NCBI RefSeq assembly: GCF_018350175.1 | Contig: NC_058383.1 | Span: 24,182,001-24,246,000, forward strand | Origin: Felis catus | Taxonomy: Eukaryota | Reading direction: 5' to 3' | DNA: 64,000 nt | Program-made: the position numbers and the translations under genes | Part shown: positions 58,301 through 64,000 of the stretch, piece after piece | How the letters are laid out: the number at the start of each line of letters is the position of its first letter | Numbering within the stretch: position 1 is the first letter of the stretch | Notes under the pieces: model-generated | What the model was told of the DNA's origin: nothing | The model's database searches: none | The model's input: only the letters and a program-made list of their open reading frames with translations

Positions 58301-60000
58301 AAATTGGTTTCCATACAACACCCAGTGCTCACCCCAACAGGTGCCCTCCTCAATGCCCAGCACCCACTTTCCCCTCCCTCCCACCCCCCCATAAACCCTC
58401 AGTTTATTCTCAGTTTTTAGGAGTCTCTTATGATTTGCCTCCCTGCCTCTCTAACTTTTTTTCCTCCCCCTCCCCCATGGTCTGCTGTTAAGTTCCTCAG
58501 GATCCACATAAGAGTGAAAACGTATGATATCTGTCTTTTTCTGTATGACTTATTTCACTTAGCATAACACTGTCCAGTTCCACCCACGTTGCTACAAAAG
58601 GCCAGATTTCATTCTTTCTCATTGCCACGTACTAGTCCACTGTATATATAAACTGCAACCTCTTTATCCATTCATCAGTTGATGGACATTTAGGCTCTTT
58701 CCATAATTTGGCTATTGTTGAAAGTGCTGCTATAAACATTGGGGTACAAGTGCCCCTATGCATCAGCACTCCTGTATCCCTTGGGTAAATTCCTAGCCGT
58801 GCTATTGCTGGGTCATAGGGAAGATCTATTTTTAATTTTTGGAGGAACCTACACACTGTTTTCCAGAGTGGCTGTACCAGTTTGCATTCCCACCAACAGT
58901 GCAAGAGGGTTCCCATTTCTCCACATCCTCTCCAGCATCTATAGTCTCCTGATTTGTTCATTTTAGCCACTCTTACTGGTGTGAAGTGATATCTGTCTTC
59001 ATAGGCTTTATCTGTACCCTCCTCACAATACATATGTCTTACCAAGGCCTTCAAAATACTTGCCATTTCCTGCTTGTCTGGTCCAATCATCAATATAGTG
59101 GGCCAGAGTGATGCTCTGCAAAATGTATAGCTAATCCAGGTTCCTCCAGATTATATTATGACAGAGAGCTGAGAAGCCCTCCTGGACAAATAAATATATA
59201 CTATTTTTGTCCATTTCAAATGAATACAAAAATCTCTGATCCCCATTTTGATGGTATTTGAAAAATAAATATGCCAAATCAGTGGCCCTATATCATGTTC
59301 TTAGGCTGTGTTAATCTCCTACCACAAGTCAAAGTTACCACATCTGACACAAAAGTGGCAAATAGGTGAACTATTTGTTTAAATTTGTGGTGGATTCACT
59401 GTCATTTTTCAGGTTTCCAAGGACCAGAGTGGAGAGTTAAATGGGTTTATGGGAACTGCAACTCATGCCTCTTTCATCCCTGCCATTTCCCAAGAATGTG
59501 ATATTGCCTTTGATAACCACCTTGTCCAGTGGAGATAGGCCGTTTCTAAAGATAGCTCTGCCCCAGAAGCCAAGGAGTGAAGATAAGGGTTACACCAGCT
59601 ACCAGGTATGTCATTTCTATTTATACATTTGGCAACCATAGAAATTCCCACTAGGTGATTGTGTGGTCCCAGTGTAAGTCATTAAAAGCTAAGATTAAAA
59701 TTATTACCTAGCCTGCACATAGCCTTGCTCTAACAATAGGACCATGATGGTACTTTGAATCTCCAAGTATGGTTACCCAAGTAAATTGCTAGAAGTCCCT
59801 TTGTAGGACTTGGGCAATCATTATCATGTACATTTCCTGTGGTATTGTAGGGCATTTCTTCCTAGCCAATCCAGATCCTCCTTCAGTCAATGAGTGTAAG
59901 CTGTGAAAACGGGAAACGGTGGAGGAGACCATGAATTTATATCAGGTGACTGTCTTAGCTTCTGACAATCCAACTTTTATTTCTTCTGGTAGCATAGGTT
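55385..60000 (-). mobile_element. Ancient ERV-L class remnant (LTR16/ERV3-16A3-like): LTR about 55385-55810 plus decayed internal pol
   Basis: RT motif HYIDD (YIDD at 59086-59097) followed by IGPDKQEMASILKALVRHM and QGLTTSVKFLGV; cagtccactccttg at the LTR/internal junction; boundaries approximate. Confidence 0.7.
58266..58996 (-). mobile_element. 5'-truncated felid L1 (L1-G) inserted in the ERV RT region
   Basis: L1 3'UTR and ORF2 C-terminus; ERV RT resumes on both sides. Confidence 0.88.
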
Positions 60001-60299
60001 GTCAATATCCTCACTGGATGTCTTCCTATCTTGCCTCAAGAGTGTTGCGTTCTGATAACCATCATTTGTGGATCAGGTGTTCCAGACTCCATACTTGCCA
60101 CTTTATTAGAAAAATTGTTCCTGCCTGTGTCACCACCTATCCTTTATTATGTTGGAGTCATGTTACTCCATTGCTACCAGTGTGTCCATTTCTGTCAAGA
60201 TATCTCCTACTGCTAGCCATGATCAGTGATGATCATGTTCCTCTCACTAGTATACTCCTTATTGTTTTGACTAGGCTCACATGCAAAAGCATAGTCATG

Positions 60300-61200
60300 T
60301 AGTAGATTAGTTGGGTGAGGTTGGCTCAGGGTCTTTCTGAGGCTACAATCAAGTAGCAACCTGGGCTACAGTCATCTGAAGACTTGGCCAAGACCAGGGT
60401 ATCCACTTCCAAGCAGGCCTACTCAAGTTCATACTGATTGATTTAGAAAGACTCAATTCTCGTCCATATGAGCAACTTGAATGATATGGTGGCTATCTTC
60501 AGAGCAAGCAATTTATGACCAAGGCAAAAGCCATGATGACTTCTATGATTCAGTCTTGGAAGTCCCATACTTCACTTGCACAGTATTATACAGGTCACAA
60601 GATTAGCCTATTCACTGCAGAAGAGGACTGCACAAAAATGTGAATATTAGTGAGAATTCCCGGGGATTCTCATCCCGTGATGAGGTTGCCAACAACCATA
60701 GTCCACCCTCTGATTCCAATGATTCATTTTATTCTCTCATAAAGACAGCTTTACCTGCTCTCACTGCTACAAAAGCACCAAACCTTTATAGCATCAGCTC
60801 AAAGTCCGGGGTCTTGTCACCTAAATCAGGTCCAGGTGTTGATGAGCCCCTTGTGGTCTAGTTTCTGGAGATTACCTCCTGAGTACAATTATTCTAGATC
60901 TGAAGACCTGTGATCCAAAGAGACTTGATATGTATCCTCTTACACACTCCCCACAAACACAACAAAAACTGGTGAGATATGCATAACTTAACCATTACAC
61001 ATACTCCCAGTGAAATAAGTGGAAGGCAGGAAGTATAAATCAGTCAAATGAAATTGTGAAACCTACTACTGGGATTATTGGCAGTACTTTGATTAGGTCT
61101 CAAGACCACAGAATGTTTCTCCAAGGCTTTTGGCTCCACTTTCTATTCTCTTGACTTCTAAATCATCCTTTCTTAATCATGAAAAGCATCCTATGGATGC
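60300..61200 (-). mobile_element. MaLR MLT1-like LTR plus internal fragment
   Basis: ggctacagtcatctgaag...ccacttccaag...ggaagtc; catcagctcaaagtcc...aaatcaggtccaggtg. Confidence 0.55.
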
Positions 61201-61341
61201 AGTCAAGATTTTTCCAACATGCTGTCTTGTTTTTTTATTTTTATAATTTTATTGACTTTTATAGCTTTGAAATATTGTTCCCCCAATGACAATAAATTTC
61301 ATGAGTAATCATGAGTTGGCAGTACATACTATTAAGTCTTC

Positions 61342-64000
61342 TTTTTTTTAAAAATTTACATCCAAGTTAGTTATCATATAGTACAATAATGATTTCAGGA
61401 ACAGATTCCTTAATGCCCCTTACCCATTTAGCCCACCCCCCGTCCCACAACCCCTCCAGTAATCCTCTGTTTGTTCTCCATATTTAAGAGTCTATTATGT
61501 TTTGTCTCCCTCCCTGTATTTATATTATCTTTGCTTCCCTTCCCTTATGTTTGTCTGTTTTGTATCTTAAAGTCCTCATATGAGTGAAATCTTATGATAT
61601 TTGTCTTTCTCTGACTAATTTCACTTAGCATAATACCCTCCAGTTCCATCCACATAGTTGCAAACGGCAAGATTTCATTCTTTTTGATTGCCAAATAATA
61701 CTCCATTGTATACATATACCATATCTTCTTTATCCATTCATCCACTGATGGACATTTGGACTTTTTCCATACTTTGGCTATTGTCAATAGTACTGCTATA
61801 AACACTGGGGTGCATGTGCCACTTTGAAACAGCATACCTGTATCCCTTGGATAAATACCTAGGAGTGCAATAGCTGGGTCGTAGGGTAGTTCTATTTTTA
61901 ATTTTTTGAGGAACCTCCATACTGTTTTCCAGAGTGGCTACATAAGTTTTCATTCCCACTAGGAATGCAAAAGAGATCCTCTTTCTCCATATCCTCACCA
62001 ACACGTGTTGTTGCCTGAGTTGCTAATGTTAGCCATTCTGACAGGAGTGAGGTAGTATCTCATGGTGGCTTTGACTTGTATTTCCCTGATGATGAGTGAT
62101 GTTGAGAATTTTTTCATGTGTCGGTTGGCCATCTGGATGTCTTCTTTGGAGAAGTGTCTATTCATGTCTTTTGCCCATTTCGCCACTGGATTATTTGTTT
62201 TTTTGGGTGTGGAGTTTGATAAGTTCTTTATAGATTTTGGATACTAACCCTTTATCTGATATGTCACTTGCAAATATCTTCTCCCATTCTGTCGGTTGCC
62301 TTTGAGTTTTTCTGATTGTTTCCTTCGCTGTGTGGAAGCTTTTTATTTTGATGAGGTCCCAATAAGTTAATTTTTGCTTCAGTTTCCCTTGCCTTCAGAG
62401 ACGTGTTGAGTAAGAAGTTGCTGCAGCCAAGGTCAAAGAGGTTTTTGCCTGCTTTCTCCTCAACGATTTTAATGGCTTCCTGTCTTACATTTAGGTCTTT
62501 CATCCATTTTATTTTTGTGTATGGTGTAAAAAAGTGGTCCAGGTTCATTCTTCTGCATGCCGCTGTCCAGTTTTCCCAGCACCACTTGCTGAAGAGACTG
62601 TCTTTATTCCATTGGATATTCTTTCCTGCTTTGTCAAAGATTAGTTGACCATACATTTGTGGGTCCATTTCTGGGTTCTCTATTCTGTTCCATTGATCTG
62701 AGTGTCTGTTTTTGTGCCAGTACCGTACTGTCTTGATGATTTTGGCTTTGTAAAACAGCTTGAAGTCTGGAATTGTGATGCCTCCTGCTTTTTCTTTTTC
62801 AAGATTGCTTTGGCTATTTCGGGTCTTTTGTGGTTCCAAACAAATTTTAGGATTGTGTGTTCTACCTCTGTGAAGAATGCTGGTGTTAAAATTTTGATAG
62901 GTATTGCATTGACTATGTAGATCGCTTTGGGTAGTATTGACATTTTAACAATATTTGTTCTTCCTATCCAGAAACATGGAATATTTTTCCTTTTTGTGTG
63001 TGTCTTCCTCAATTTCTTTCATAAGTTTTCTAGTTTTCAGTGTATAGGTCTTTCACTTCTTTGGCTAGATTTATTCCTAGGTATTTTATGGGTTGGTGCA
63101 ACTGTAAATGGGATTGATTCCTTGAATTCTTCTTCCATTGCTTCATTATTGGTGTATAGGAATGCAACTGATTTCTGTGCATTGATTTTATATCCTGCAA
63201 CCTTGCTGAATTCATGGATCAGTTCTAGCAGTTTTTTGGTGGAATCCTTTGGGTTTTCCATATAGAGTATCATGTCATCTGTGAAGAGTGAAAGTGTGAC
63301 CTCCCCTGCCTGATTTGGATGCCTTTTATTTCTTTGTGTTGTCTGATTGCAGAGGCTAAAACTTCCAATACTATGTTGAATAACAGTGGCGAGAGTAGAC
63401 ATCCCTGTCTTGTTCCTGATCTTAGGTGGAAAGCCCTCAGTTTTTCCCCATGAGGATGATATTAGCATTGGGTCTTTCATATATGACCTTTATGATCTCG
63501 AGGTATACTCCTTCTATCCCTACTTTCTTGAGGGCTTTTATCAAGAAAGGATGCTGTATTTTGTCAAATGCTTTCTCTGCATTTATTGAGAGGATCATTT
63601 GATTCTTGTCCTTTCTTTTATTGATGTGATGAATCACGTTAATTGTTTTGTGGATATTGAACCAGCCCTGCATCCCAGTTATAAGTCCCACTTGGTCGTG
63701 GTGAATAATTTTTTTAATGTATTGTTGGATCCAGTTGGCTAATATCTTGTTGAGGATTTTTGCATCCATGTTCATCAGGGAAATTGGTCTATAGTTCTCC
63801 TTCTTAGTGGGGTATCTGTCTGATTTTGGAATCAAGGTAATGCTGGCTTCATAAAAAGAGTTTGGGAGTTTTCCTTCCATTTCTATTTTTTGGAACAGCT
63901 TCAAGAGAATAGGTGTTAACTCTTCCTTAAATGTTTGGTAGAATTATCCTGGAAAGCCATCTGGCCATGGACTCTTGTTTTTTGGGGAGATTTTTGATTA
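61342..64000 (-). mobile_element. Felid L1 (older subfamily) 3' portion, continues beyond the window
   Basis: T-tail, 3'UTR, ORF2 RT peptides ([24 protein letters not shown]) with frameshifts. Confidence 0.93.

Noticed and set aside
58632..59093. 153-aa ERV RT/L1 fusion ORF
   Set aside because: Chance in-frame junction of an L1 insertion in decayed ERV pol; no evidence of a gene.
50573..64000. The preceding ABCA exon (expected ...FEAEP...GIxIxHLxK type)
   Set aside because: Not found by eye; it probably lies beyond the window, although I could have missed it.

Overview
Eukaryotic, felid-like genomic DNA (feline CAN-SINE/SINEC_Fc and L1_Fc-type elements). It holds the middle of one multi-exon, minus-strand ABCA3-like ABC transporter gene (ABCA14/15/16 clade; most like ABCA15 from memory). 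Ten exons (50572->1563) splice in frame into 1827 nt (609 codons) covering NBD1, the regulatory region and the start of TMD2/ECD2. Both gene ends lie outside the window. Introns are swollen by nested retroelements: three near-full-length felid L1s, a 3'-amputated L1, many 5'-truncated L1s, about 12 SINEs, an ERV-L remnant, MaLR pieces, a Tigger-like and a MER58-like DNA transposon. The most unusual signals are in the L1 cluster at 28.9-46.3 kb: (i) an L1 whose 5'UTR lacks a precise 427-nt GT-AG intron still present in its neighbours (a spliced integrated L1); (ii) three neighbouring L1s sharing inactivating ORF2 mutations in a patchwork; (iii) a SINE and a full-length L1 enclosed by one target-site duplication (TSD); (iv) an inverted L1 pair flanking an in-frame 522-nt three-exon NBD1 cassette that ends in a very weak splice donor. 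Repeat subfamily names are from recognition, not from a database search.
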